33,605 nt of DNA from a virus (Duplodnaviria; Caudoviricetes), in the IMG/VR virus record IMGVR_UViG_3300032319_000307, positions 1 to 33,605 of that record; one strand, 5' to 3'. Of this stretch, positions 16,072-25,049 are shown one piece after another. Positions within the stretch are counted from its first letter, which is position 1; the number at the start of each line of letters is the position of its first letter. The notes beneath the pieces were generated by a model. The model saw only the letters and a list, made by a program, of their open reading frames with translations, did no database searches and was not told the DNA's origin. The position numbers were made by a program, and so were the translations under genes.

Positions 16072-18357
16072 ATGAATAAAGAAATTTTTATAAAGAAACG
16101 AAATGGTATTACTGAGAAGTTTAATGCAGATAAAATCAATAAAATTTTACAATGGGCTACTGAAGACATAAAAGGCGTTGGATTTGAAGAAGTAGCGATG
16201 AACGCTCATTTGTCGTTCTTTGATGGCATGACATCAAAAGATATCCACGTGATGTTGATTGAAGCCGCGTCTAATCTAATCACAGAAGATAAACCCAATT
16301 ATCAATTTGTAGCATCACGTTTATTAAATTATCAACTACGAAAGAATGTTTGGGGTGGTAAAAATCCCCCAAAGTTACATGATCTAGTTAAAACTAATAT
16401 CGACGCGTTGGTTTATGACTCGGATATTTTAAATTGGTATTCAAAACAAGAATTTGATAAGCTAGATGAGTTTCTACGACATGATCGTGATTTTAATTTC
16501 ACGTATGCCGGTATCAAACAGTTGTGTGATAAGTACTTGGTTCAAAATAGGGCTACTAAGGTAATTTATGAAAGTCCGCAGTTTGCTTATATGCTTATTG
16601 CAATGACTTTCTTTAAAGATTATAAAGAAAACCGACTTGAGTATGTAAAGAAAGCTTATAATTACTTTAGTAAACATAAGATCAATTTACCCACCCCAAT
16701 TATGGCTGGTGTAAGAACTCCAATGAAGAGTTATGCCAGTTGTTCACTGTTCACAGTCGATGATGATCTACGTAGTATTTTCAGCAACAATAGTGCGGTT
16801 GGGTTTGCTACAGCTAGTCGTTATGGTATTGGATTGAATTTATCAAGACTACGTGCTACAAATGCTCCAATTCGTAATGGTGAAGTAATGCATACAGGAC
16901 CAATTCCATTTGCTAAATCATTTGAAGCTACCGTAAAAAGCTGTCACCAGAATGGCATTCGTGGTGGGAGTGCAACTGTAAACTTCGCTTGGTTCCATTA
17001 TGATATTCTAGATATTCTCGTATTGAAGAACAATCAAGGAACTGATGATAATCGGGTTCGTAAGTTAGATTATTGTGTGGGTCTCGATAAACTAATTTTT
17101 GAACGTTTCTTAAAGAATCAAGACGTTACACTATTTAGTTATCACGAATGTCCTTCACTGTGGAATACTTTTGGAATGGAAGGATTCAGAGAAATGTATG
17201 AAAAAGCAGAAGCTAACAAGAACATTAAGTTCAAGAAGAAAGTACCTGCACGTGAATTGATGGGTCTACTTGCTAAAGAGCGTCTTGAAACTGGACGTAT
17301 TTATACAATGTTCGTGGATCACGCAAATGAACACGGTAGTTGGTTGGACCAAGTAGATACAAGCAATCTTTGCCTCGAAGTGCATCATCCGTTAATTCCT
17401 ATTTATGACGTTAATGATCAAAAAGGAGAAATTGGAGTCTGTGTATTGGCAGCATTAAATTGGTTAGAAATTAAAGATGATGCTGAAATGGAAAATGTAT
17501 GTGATATTATTGTCAGAATGTTGGATGCTTTGATTGATCACCAAGAATATTTCGTACCAGCAGCAAAGAACTTTGCTACTAAACGTCGCAGTCTTGGTGT
17601 GGGTGTAAGTAACTTGGCTGCTCTATTGGCTAAAGAAGGATTGAAGTATTGGGATGAGAAAGCTCCAAATTTCGTATCTAGATGGATGGAAAAGACCAGT
17701 TACTATCTAATCAAAGCAAGTGTTGAAATGGCAAAAGAAATTGGTAAGTGTGAAAAGTTTGATCGTACTAAATTTAGTCAAGGTATTCTTCCTATTGATA
17801 CTTATAAACGGGACATTGATGAATTTATCACTGAACCTTTACATATGGATTGGGAAGCTTTACGTGAAGACATCAAGAAGTATGGTATGAGACATAGTAC
17901 GCTTACTGCTTGTATGCCTGTAGAATCAAGTAGTGTAATTCAAAGTAGTACCAATGGTATTGAACCCCCCCGTAGTGCTATTAGTTTCAAGGGAAGCAAG
18001 AGTAACATTTTGCCTGTGGTAGTTCCAAATATTGATAAGTACAAGGATAATTATACTTTTGCTTTTGATATGCCAAGTAATGAAGGATATTTGAAGGTAG
18101 CTGCTGCTATTCAAAAGTTCACAGATATGAGTATCAGTACCAACACGTACTATATTCCGTCCCGTTATGAGAAAAACAAAGTGCCTGTAGAGGTTGTTAT
18201 TAAAGATATTTTGTTGGCATACAAGTATGGATTGAAGAATCTATATTATGCTAATACAGATGATGGTGATAAACAAACAGCCATGGAGACAAAAACGGTT
18301 GATGAAAAACCAACGGTACAAGAATCCGGTTGTGAAAGCGGAGCTTGTGCTCTATAA
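16072..18357 (+). CDS. nrdA: Ribonucleotide reductase class Ia alpha subunit with ATP cone
   Basis: IKKRNG ATP cone, PTPIMAG, SCSL, SNLCLEV, GVCVLA, STNGIEPP, LYY, C-terminal CESGAC. Confidence 0.97.
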   Translation: MNKEIFIKKRNGITEKFNADKINKILQWATEDIKGVGFEEVAMNAHLSFFDGMTSKDIHVMLIEAASNLITEDKPNYQFVASRLLNYQLRKNVWGGKNPPKLHDLVKTNIDALVYDSDILNWYSKQEFDKLDEFLRHDRDFNFTYAGIKQLCDKYLVQNRATKVIYESPQFAYMLIAMTFFKDYKENRLEYVKKAYNYFSKHKINLPTPIMAGVRTPMKSYASCSLFTVDDDLRSIFSNNSAVGFATASRYGIGLNLSRLRATNAPIRNGEVMHTGPIPFAKSFEATVKSCHQNGIRGGSATVNFAWFHYDILDILVLKNNQGTDDNRVRKLDYCVGLDKLIFERFLKNQDVTLFSYHECPSLWNTFGMEGFREMYEKAEANKNIKFKKKVPARELMGLLAKERLETGRIYTMFVDHANEHGSWLDQVDTSNLCLEVHHPLIPIYDVNDQKGEIGVCVLAALNWLEIKDDAEMENVCDIIVRMLDALIDHQEYFVPAAKNFATKRRSLGVGVSNLAALLAKEGLKYWDEKAPNFVSRWMEKTSYYLIKASVEMAKEIGKCEKFDRTKFSQGILPIDTYKRDIDEFITEPLHMDWEALREDIKKYGMRHSTLTACMPVESSSVIQSSTNGIEPPRSAISFKGSKSNILPVVVPNIDKYKDNYTFAFDMPSNEGYLKVAAAIQKFTDMSISTNTYYIPSRYEKNKVPVEVVIKDILLAYKYGLKNLYYANTDDGDKQTAMETKTVDEKPTVQESGCESGACAL

Positions 18358-18370
18358 TAAAAAAATACAT

Positions 18371-19429
18371 ATGAAAACTGTACTAAATAAGAAAAACATA
18401 GATCAGTTGCGTAACCCAATGTTCTTGGGAGAAGATCTATCGCTTCAACGATATGATAAGATCAAATATCCAAAGTTTTATGATTTGTACGATCAACAAT
18501 TAAATTTCTTTTGGCGGCCACAAGAGGTTTCGTTGGTGAAGGATATTAGTGATTACAAGAATCTTTCTGCTGAAGAACGATTTGTTTTTGACAGTAATTT
18601 AAAGTTTCAAACTATGACTGATAGTATGTTGAGTCGTAGTATTCACGAACTAATGAAGCACGTTACAAATAGTGAATTGGAAATTTGTATGAACGCTTGG
18701 AGTTTCTTTGAAACTATTCACAGCAACAGTTATACATACATTCTTAACAATGTTTATCCAGATGCTACCAAGTTCTTTGATAGTGTCTTAGAAGACGAAG
18801 AAATTGTGAAACGTGCTAAAGCTATTAGTAAGAAGTATGATGAACTATTAACGCCGTCGGATGATATTAAACAACAATTGTTTGATGCGGTATTGGCAAC
18901 TCAAATTACTGAAGGGTTGATATTCTATGTATCATTTGCTTGTAGTTTTTACTTTGGATATCGTGGAAAGATGGAGGGTAACAGTAAGATTATTAAATTT
19001 ATCAGTAGAGATGAAAATCTTCACGTAGCTATTACCCAGAACATTATGAAGAACTGGATAAATAATCCAGAAGAAGGATTCCAAGATATTGTTAAGAAAA
19101 ATGAAGACAAAATATATGCTGCTTATGAAATGGCAGTAAATGCTGAAAAGGATTGGGCGGATTATCTATTTAGTAAAGGTAGTTTGGTTGGATTGACGGC
19201 TGAAAGTTTGAAACATTATATTGAATGGTTGGCTAATAACAGATTAACAAGTATGGGATATAAGAAATTGTATCCAGCTGCTAAGACCAATTTACTATCT
19301 GGGTGGTTAGATAGTTACTATGATAGTAAAAAACTTCAAGTAGCCCCCCAAGAAACTGAATTGAGTAGTTATGTCAAAGGAGTTGACAATACGATTAGTG
19401 AAGGTGCATTTGACGATTTCAAATTGTAA
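18371..19429 (+). CDS. nrdB: Ribonucleotide reductase class Ia beta subunit
   Basis: FFWRPQEV, ETIHSNSY, EGLIFYVSF, RDENLH, VAPQETELSSY. True start is most likely ATG 18371. Confidence 0.96.
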   Translation: MKTVLNKKNIDQLRNPMFLGEDLSLQRYDKIKYPKFYDLYDQQLNFFWRPQEVSLVKDISDYKNLSAEERFVFDSNLKFQTMTDSMLSRSIHELMKHVTNSELEICMNAWSFFETIHSNSYTYILNNVYPDATKFFDSVLEDEEIVKRAKAISKKYDELLTPSDDIKQQLFDAVLATQITEGLIFYVSFACSFYFGYRGKMEGNSKIIKFISRDENLHVAITQNIMKNWINNPEEGFQDIVKKNEDKIYAAYEMAVNAEKDWADYLFSKGSLVGLTAESLKHYIEWLANNRLTSMGYKKLYPAAKTNLLSGWLDSYYDSKKLQVAPQETELSSYVKGVDNTISEGAFDDFKL

Positions 19430-19450
19430 TTGTAAATAATTAAAAAATAT

Positions 19451-19480
19451 AACGAGTACTTTAACTAGTACTCGTTTTTT
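19451..19480 (+). terminator. Rho-independent terminator after nrdB (possibly bidirectional)
   Basis: AACGAGTACT-ttaact-AGTACTCGTT followed by TTTT. Confidence 0.85.
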
Positions 19481-19514
19481 GTTATATTTATATCCATCTC
19501 GATTGATTTATATT

Positions 19515-20069
19515 ATGGAATCCATTTTTGTATACCTAGAAAAAATATTAGTAATAAGTGCAGCCGGCGGCGTTTTATTCGGCGCATTCAAATGGATATT
19601 TACATTGAATCTGAATGTAAAAGAAATATTAAAAGAAGTCAAACCCAATTCCGGTACGTCGTTAAAAGACCATGTAGATAAGATAAACAAGCAGGTTAGT
19701 CACGATAGTAATTTGATTAAGACTATATGCACACGACAAAAATGGATGTTAGATAATAGGCCGGAACCAATATTTGAATGTGATACCGATGGTAAATGTA
19801 CGTGGGTAAATGAAAAATATTGTCAATTATTAAAACACGATGTGGATTATTTCCTAGGCAATGGGTGGAAAAATGGTATCTTTAGTGAAGATTTGGAAAT
19901 GGTTGAAAAAGAATGGGAAAGATCTATTAAAGATAAAAGAAGTAGTATTAGTATATACAGAATGATTGATAGAGAAGGTACTATATATAACGTTAAAGCA
20001 GTAGCCACCCGAAATGATAGTCATGGGTACATTGGGCATATAGAAATATTAGACGATAAAAAAGATTAA
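19515..20069 (+). CDS. Membrane-anchored PAS-domain protein
   Basis: N-terminal hydrophobic helix (ILVISAAGGVLFGAFKWIF), KPNSGTSLKD linker, then PAS signature IFECDTDGKCTWVNEKYCQLL...LGNGWKNGIFSEDL...YRMIDREG. No output domain. Confidence 0.8.
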   Translation: MESIFVYLEKILVISAAGGVLFGAFKWIFTLNLNVKEILKEVKPNSGTSLKDHVDKINKQVSHDSNLIKTICTRQKWMLDNRPEPIFECDTDGKCTWVNEKYCQLLKHDVDYFLGNGWKNGIFSEDLEMVEKEWERSIKDKRSSISIYRMIDREGTIYNVKAVATRNDSHGYIGHIEILDDKKD

Positions 20070-20106
20070 TAATTGACAGTCAAACACTATTTATATGTAT
20101 ATTAAT

Positions 20107-20742
20107 ATGAAGTCTTCTAAAGAATTAATCAATAAACTGGTAAAAGAAACGTTGGAACAAAAGTATACAAACGTTACATCTTCTTGGAGTGATTTAATCG
20201 ACGAATTATCAAAAGAAATCAAGAAACCTATTGAACTCGACGATGCTGGCAATTACAATGTATGTGATTGTGAACCATATCATATTAGTATTAGACCAAT
20301 AGTACATGGTATTTGTGACGTACAAGCATTTAAAGACTATACTGATAGAACCAAGAAGCTTTTCATGAAATTTGAAGATGTTAAGAAATTCGTAAAAGAA
20401 TATTTAGCATCCAAAGATTTAAATTATGTAGATAGTGCTTTATCCAAGGCAGTAGAAAATAGTAAAGATAAAGAAGGTGGTAAAAAAGCAGATAAACAAT
20501 CTGAGTCCGAAGAAAACGTAGTTAATCCTCAAAAAGGATTCAAACTTGTAAAGAATGTTAAAGTTGAGAATATGAACGATCCAAAAGACGATCCTACTCA
20601 ACCAATGCAAGTTGTTGGAAAGTTTCTTAAATCGTCCGAATATAAGAGTGTTAATCCAAAATATACACCTCCTACTTTACCAAAAGCTCTACAAAAATTG
20701 GTTGTTAAATATACAAAGGCTGGTAAAGCTAAAAAGAAGTAG
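20107..20742 (+). CDS. Hypothetical protein with a Lys-rich C-terminus
   Basis: ~211-aa ORF; TATTTATA motif at 20088-20095 upstream. Confidence 0.65.
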   Translation: MKSSKELINKLVKETLEQKYTNVTSSWSDLIDELSKEIKKPIELDDAGNYNVCDCEPYHISIRPIVHGICDVQAFKDYTDRTKKLFMKFEDVKKFVKEYLASKDLNYVDSALSKAVENSKDKEGGKKADKQSESEENVVNPQKGFKLVKNVKVENMNDPKDDPTQPMQVVGKFLKSSEYKSVNPKYTPPTLPKALQKLVVKYTKAGKAKKK

Positions 20743-20771
20743 TTGACAATTTTTCAAATTTGGTATACTAT
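20743..20771 (+). promoter_or_regulatory. Sigma70-type promoter
   Basis: TTGACA, 17 bp, TACTAT (overlapping an alternative TGG-TATACT); AAGGA SD before ATG 20798. Confidence 0.7.
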
Positions 20772-20797
20772 AAATGTATACCTAAAAAAGGATAAAT

Positions 20798-21160
20798 ATG
20801 ACAAAATTAATTACTATCGCAGCGTTGAGTGCAACTCTAGCTTCTCAAACATTTGCTGGAGATAGAGAATGGGCAACTGTTGGTAAAGTATTAACCGGAG
20901 TTGCTGTAATTCACGTTATAGACAGAATTGTAAATCCCCCAACACAAGTTGTATATATACAACCACAGCCAGTAGTTTACGCACAGCCTGTGGTGTATGT
21001 TCAACCACAACCAGTGGTTTATGCACAGCCTGTAGTATACGTTCAACCACAACCAGCGGTTTATGCACAGTCAGTGGTTTATGTACAACCACAACCAGTG
21101 GTAGTTGTATATGGTGGATGGGGTCGTCCAGTACATCATTATCATCACCATCACCATTGA
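20798..21160 (+). CDS. Secreted/membrane protein with QPQPVVYAQPVVYV repeats and a His-rich tail
   Basis: Signal-peptide-like MTKLITIAALSATLASQTFA, GDREWATVGKVLTG, tandem repeats, C-terminal HHYHHHHH. Has its own promoter, SD and terminator. Confidence 0.75.
   Translation: MTKLITIAALSATLASQTFAGDREWATVGKVLTGVAVIHVIDRIVNPPTQVVYIQPQPVVYAQPVVYVQPQPVVYAQPVVYVQPQPAVYAQSVVYVQPQPVVVVYGGWGRPVHHYHHHHH
20960..21103 (+). repeat. Coding tandem repeat, 42-nt period, ~3.4 copies
   Basis: CAACCACA(G/A)CCAG recurs at 20960, 21002, 21044 and 21086, with mostly synonymous differences. Confidence 0.9.
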
Positions 21161-21183
21161 TAATATTATTTTAATAATGATTC

Positions 21184-21209
21184 AAACCACCGTAACTGGT
21201 GGTTTTTTT
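21184..21209 (+). terminator. Rho-independent terminator
   Basis: AAACCACC-gtaact-GGTGGTTT followed by a T-tract. Confidence 0.85.
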
Positions 21210-21219
21210 ATTTTTCCGG

Positions 21220-21247
21220 TTGACTTCTTATAAATTCGTGGTAAGAT
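21220..21247 (+). promoter_or_regulatory. Sigma70-type promoter for the AAA-VWA operon
   Basis: TTGACT, 16-bp spacer ending TGG, TAAGAT. Confidence 0.6.
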
Positions 21248-21269
21248 GGATTTACGGTAAGAAACACAT

Positions 21270-22241
21270 ATGAAAAATACAAACTCATTAAATTTGGTTA
21301 CTAGCAAGGACTTCAACATCAAGTCGTATCTTGATACTTGTGTAAATCTACGTCCTAGTTCATTGATTATGGACGATCTCAAGTGGAAGTATATGGTACG
21401 TAGTGCTATTCGTGGCAAGAACATTTTGCTTCTTGGACCAACTGGTTGTGGTAAGACTCTTGCTGCTCAAACTGTAGCTAAGGCTATCGGTCGTGAAGAT
21501 AACTTCTTCTATTTTAATTTGGGTGCTACACAAGACGCTCGTAGTGCTTTGATTGGTAACACTCACTTTGATAAAAAGACCGGCACTCTATTCAAGGAGT
21601 CTAGTTTTATCAAGGCTATTCGCACTCCCAACGCCATCATTCTACTTGACGAAATTAGTCGTAGTCACCATGATGGTGTTAATATTCTAATGACCGTTCT
21701 AGATGATCTACAGCGTTATCTTCGTTTGGATGAAAAAGACGATTGTGAAGTTGTTAAGGTTGCTGACGGCGTTACATTTATTGCTACTGCTAACGTAGGT
21801 AACGAATATACTGCTACCCGTGTAATGGATCGTGCTCTACTTTCACGTTTTCCGGTTAAGATTGAAGTAACTCCACTTGATAAGGATAGTGAGTTTAATC
21901 TTCTGAAGAACCGTTTCGACATTTCGACGGAAAATCATCTTGATATTCTCAAAGCTGTTTGTGAAATTGCTGAACATACACGTAAGCAAGTTAAACAGGA
22001 TGATAGCAAGCTAACCAATTTTATTCCTACTCGTTCAACAGTTGAAATTGCTGAACTTATTGTTGATGGATTTAATTTGCTTGAAATTGCGGAGTCAACT
22101 ATTTATCCTAACTTCAGTGATGATGGAGGTGTAGATAGTGAACGTACTTATATTCGTCAGCTTGTACAAAAGTACATCAAGGTTGAATCCAATGAAAAGT
22201 TATTTAATGATCCGCTAAATAGCTCTCAACCTCCTTTCTAA
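21270..22241 (+). CDS. MoxR/CbbQ/CobS-type AAA+ ATPase
   Basis: Walker A GPTGCGKT, Walker B ILLDEISR, FIATAN, MDRALLSRF, PTRS sensor 2. Confidence 0.9.
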   Translation: MKNTNSLNLVTSKDFNIKSYLDTCVNLRPSSLIMDDLKWKYMVRSAIRGKNILLLGPTGCGKTLAAQTVAKAIGREDNFFYFNLGATQDARSALIGNTHFDKKTGTLFKESSFIKAIRTPNAIILLDEISRSHHDGVNILMTVLDDLQRYLRLDEKDDCEVVKVADGVTFIATANVGNEYTATRVMDRALLSRFPVKIEVTPLDKDSEFNLLKNRFDISTENHLDILKAVCEIAEHTRKQVKQDDSKLTNFIPTRSTVEIAELIVDGFNLLEIAESTIYPNFSDDGGVDSERTYIRQLVQKYIKVESNEKLFNDPLNSSQPPF

Positions 22242-22262
22242 TAACTAAATAAATAAACTATC

Positions 22263-24341
22263 ATGAGTAACTACAGTGATTTCTGGCTTAAAGACAACCA
22301 TTATGAATGGGATTGGGAAGATGAGCTAGATGCGGCTATTGAAGAAGAATCTGGTACGGTTGCTACTGTTGACGATGAAGATCGTATCAGTGACAATACC
22401 GCTCGATTGATTCGTCTGTCTTCGGCTCGTCGTGCTGTTGCTAACTATGTTAGTATTCTGACAAATCAGAATATTCCTGTAGTATTCAATGATAGTGCTG
22501 TAAATTGTACTGATGGTAAGACGGTTTATATCAGTAGCGATATTACTAAGAAGGATAATTTTGATGTGGCTGTCGGACTTGCATTACACGAAGGCAGCCA
22601 CATCAAATATTCTGATTTTGAATTGTTTAAGACTGTATGGATGAATGTTCCCCGTGACATTTATAACTATACTGAAAAGTTAAGCATTTCAAAAGATGAA
22701 GTGGGTAAGACTTGTCAGACTATTCTAAACTATGTAGAGGATCGTTTTATCGATTATACTGTACATCGTAATGCTCCTGGCTATCGTGGATACTATGATG
22801 CTTTGTATGATGAATATTTTAATAACAAAGTAATTACTGATGCTTTGGATAGCGATATGTATCGTACACTAAGCATTGAGTCTTATATGTACCGTATTAT
22901 CAATCTTACAAATCCTAATACTAACCTCAAAGCTTTACCTGGATTGTATGATATTGCCAAAGAATTGGATCTTACCAATATTAGTCGTTTGACTACTCCA
23001 AAGGATCGATTGAATGTTGCTTATGAGATTGCGGAAATTGTATTTAAAAATATCAATGAACACAACCAAAAGCAAACTGGATCTGGATTCAAACAAAATG
23101 ATAGTGGTGTACTTGACAATTCTAATGGAATGACTGGTGATGGTGAATCTGGTAAATCAACTGATGATGTACTTGGCGGCACTGAGTCTACTGTAACAAG
23201 TGATAATCCTGCTGTAACAAGTGATGTTGGTACAGATGCAAATGTCAGCAAGACCAAACAGAACAAGATTGCTAAGAGTTTTGAGAAACAGAAGGATTTT
23301 CTTGCTGGTAAGATCAAAAAGAAGAAAGTTTCGAAACGTGAAAAGACGATGTTGGATGTTCTTGAAAAGAGTCAGATCGATCTTGTGCCTGTAGCTCAGG
23401 AGATGATGAAGGCCAGTGGATTTGTTGGAAGTGTAGAATGTATTTTGGTTAAGAATATGACCAAAGAACTTATTCTATCTGAAGAATTTCCGATGAGCAT
23501 TGGTGCTAATAATGAAAGTAGCCGAACTGAACTACAAAAGAATGTGGACGAAGGAATTGTATTGGGTACAAAGCTAGGTCGTCGTCTTCAAATTCGTAAT
23601 GAAATTAACGTTGATAAGTTTACCCGTCGTAATCTTGGTAAGATTGATAAACGTTTGATGCATGAACTCGGATTTGAAACCGATAGCAATATCTTTTATA
23701 ATACATTTGTCACCAAATATAAGAAAATTAACTTTCATATCAGTGTAGATGCCAGTTCTAGTATGAAAGGTAAAAAGTGGAATCGTACAATCAAGTTATG
23801 TGTAGCACTAGCAAAAGCTACATCTATGATTGATAATGTTGATCTTACTATTAGTTTTCGTACTACTATGAGCTACAATCCATACATTGTGATTGCTTAC
23901 AATTCTAAAGTAGACAAGTTTTCAAAGATTAAGAATTTGTTTTCTTATCTAATTCCGGTAAATACTACTCCTGAAGGATTGTGCTTTGAAGCACTAATGA
24001 AGTTTTTACCAAAAGCTGATACTAATACAAACAGTTATTTTGTTAATATTAGTGATGGTGAACCGTGTTTCTATTACAATGACTCTTCTGCTGGTATTGC
24101 ATTTTCTTATCGTGACAAATCAGCTTGTGAACACACACGTACTCAAGTAAGAAAGATTAAGGAATCTGGTTATAATATTATTTCCTATTTCGTATCTGAC
24201 TGTGATAACTTCGGTATGGAAGTACTGCGTCAGAACTTTAAAACAATGTATGGTAATGATGCACATTTTATTAATGTGGAGAATCTGAATCAGATTGTTA
24301 AAACAGTCAATTGTAAAATGATGGATGCTATTGACATATAA
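22263..24341 (+). CDS. VWA-domain protein with an N-terminal HExxH metallopeptidase-like domain (CobT-like partner)
   Basis: CTDGKTVYI, LHEGSH, NYVEDRFID, MIDAS DASSSM, TPEG, ISDGEP; acidic N-terminus. Confidence 0.85.
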   Translation: MSNYSDFWLKDNHYEWDWEDELDAAIEEESGTVATVDDEDRISDNTARLIRLSSARRAVANYVSILTNQNIPVVFNDSAVNCTDGKTVYISSDITKKDNFDVAVGLALHEGSHIKYSDFELFKTVWMNVPRDIYNYTEKLSISKDEVGKTCQTILNYVEDRFIDYTVHRNAPGYRGYYDALYDEYFNNKVITDALDSDMYRTLSIESYMYRIINLTNPNTNLKALPGLYDIAKELDLTNISRLTTPKDRLNVAYEIAEIVFKNINEHNQKQTGSGFKQNDSGVLDNSNGMTGDGESGKSTDDVLGGTESTVTSDNPAVTSDVGTDANVSKTKQNKIAKSFEKQKDFLAGKIKKKKVSKREKTMLDVLEKSQIDLVPVAQEMMKASGFVGSVECILVKNMTKELILSEEFPMSIGANNESSRTELQKNVDEGIVLGTKLGRRLQIRNEINVDKFTRRNLGKIDKRLMHELGFETDSNIFYNTFVTKYKKINFHISVDASSSMKGKKWNRTIKLCVALAKATSMIDNVDLTISFRTTMSYNPYIVIAYNSKVDKFSKIKNLFSYLIPVNTTPEGLCFEALMKFLPKADTNTNSYFVNISDGEPCFYYNDSSAGIAFSYRDKSACEHTRTQVRKIKESGYNIISYFVSDCDNFGMEVLRQNFKTMYGNDAHFINVENLNQIVKTVNCKMMDAIDI

Positions 24342-24358
24342 TATAAAGATGGTATAAT
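24331..24358 (+). promoter_or_regulatory. Consensus sigma70 promoter
   Basis: TTGACA, 16-bp spacer ending TGG, TATAAT; AAGGA SD before ATG 24406. Confidence 0.8.
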
Positions 24359-24405
24359 ATATTAACGGTTAAATTTATAACAACACAAACAAGAAAGGAT
24401 AAAAT

Positions 24406-24789
24406 ATGAAAAAGACAGATCGTAAGAATAAGACAAACCAAACAGTAAACTGGCCCTCAAACATCTTTACTATTAAAGAGTTGAATGCGCAGAATCCAGA
24501 TTTCGTAGAGATTACACTACGAACCCGTATGAAGAAATCGATGGATAGTGGGGAAATCACTGATATTGGAGTTCTACATAATGGTAAGGGGCGACCAACG
24601 TTGGTATTTGTATATGGTACTGCTACCAATGAACACATTGAAGAAGCGAAGAGTCGTCAGGTCATCTTGAAGGATGTTTCAAGTGTCAATGTAATTAAAA
24701 TCACAAATACACCAACAACCGTGGATATTTTTGATCGAAAGAGTGTTGAAACTCGTATCAATGTACAAAACAATGGTGTTAAAGCTTAA
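24406..24789 (+). CDS. Hypothetical protein, possible winged-helix DNA-binding protein
   Basis: FTIKEL...ITLRTRMKK...GKGRPTLVF resembles a wHTH wing. Confidence 0.55.
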   Translation: MKKTDRKNKTNQTVNWPSNIFTIKELNAQNPDFVEITLRTRMKKSMDSGEITDIGVLHNGKGRPTLVFVYGTATNEHIEEAKSRQVILKDVSSVNVIKITNTPTTVDIFDRKSVETRINVQNNGVKA

Positions 24790-25031
24790 CGTTTAGGAAC
24801 ATGAGAAAACTGCGGATTGTATTTAAGCAATCCGCTTGTTTCTTTTACATAGTAGTTGATAGTAGCCTTTGGCATTTTATCTTTGATAGATTTCATAATA
24901 CCAGCGGTTAGGTTCCAACTTCCGTGATAAATTGGGATATCCATCTCACTATCTAATATTAGATAATTTCCATCTGATATTTCGAATATATAAAACGTTT
25001 TTTCTTTTGGATTGATTTTTTTGACTGCCAT
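24786..25031 (-). CDS. Hypothetical protein
   Basis: 81-aa ORF exactly filling the gap between two + genes; TATTTATA motif upstream on the minus strand; stop overlaps the convergent gene's stop (TTAA). Confidence 0.6.
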   Translation of the reverse strand: MAVKKINPKEKTFYIFEISDGNYLILDSEMDIPIYHGSWNLTAGIMKSIKDKMPKATINYYVKETSGLLKYNPQFSHVPKR

Positions 25032-25049
25032 GGTATTATAGTTATAAAT

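Noticed and set aside
14588-18357. Inteins or introns in the helicase and nrdA (common insertion targets)
   Set aside because: Both have normal length and contiguous motifs, with no Cys...HN-[CST] inserts seen.
18248-18370. N-terminal extension of NrdB overlapping nrdA
   Set aside because: NrdB-like sequence starts at ATG 18371; the extension overlaps the conserved NrdA C-terminus.
20960-21103. CRISPR array or DGR repeat
   Set aside because: Contiguous in-frame 42-nt coding repeats with mostly synonymous variation and no unique spacers; no cas or reverse transcriptase gene in the window.
21134-21157. Engineered His-tag or vector contamination
   Set aside because: The sequence is HHYHHHHH in native AT-rich context with no vector features; natural His-rich tails are common.
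23191-23225. CTGTAACAAGTGAT direct repeat in the VWA gene
   Set aside because: A short in-frame duplication (VTSD x2) in a low-complexity linker, with no sign of separate function.
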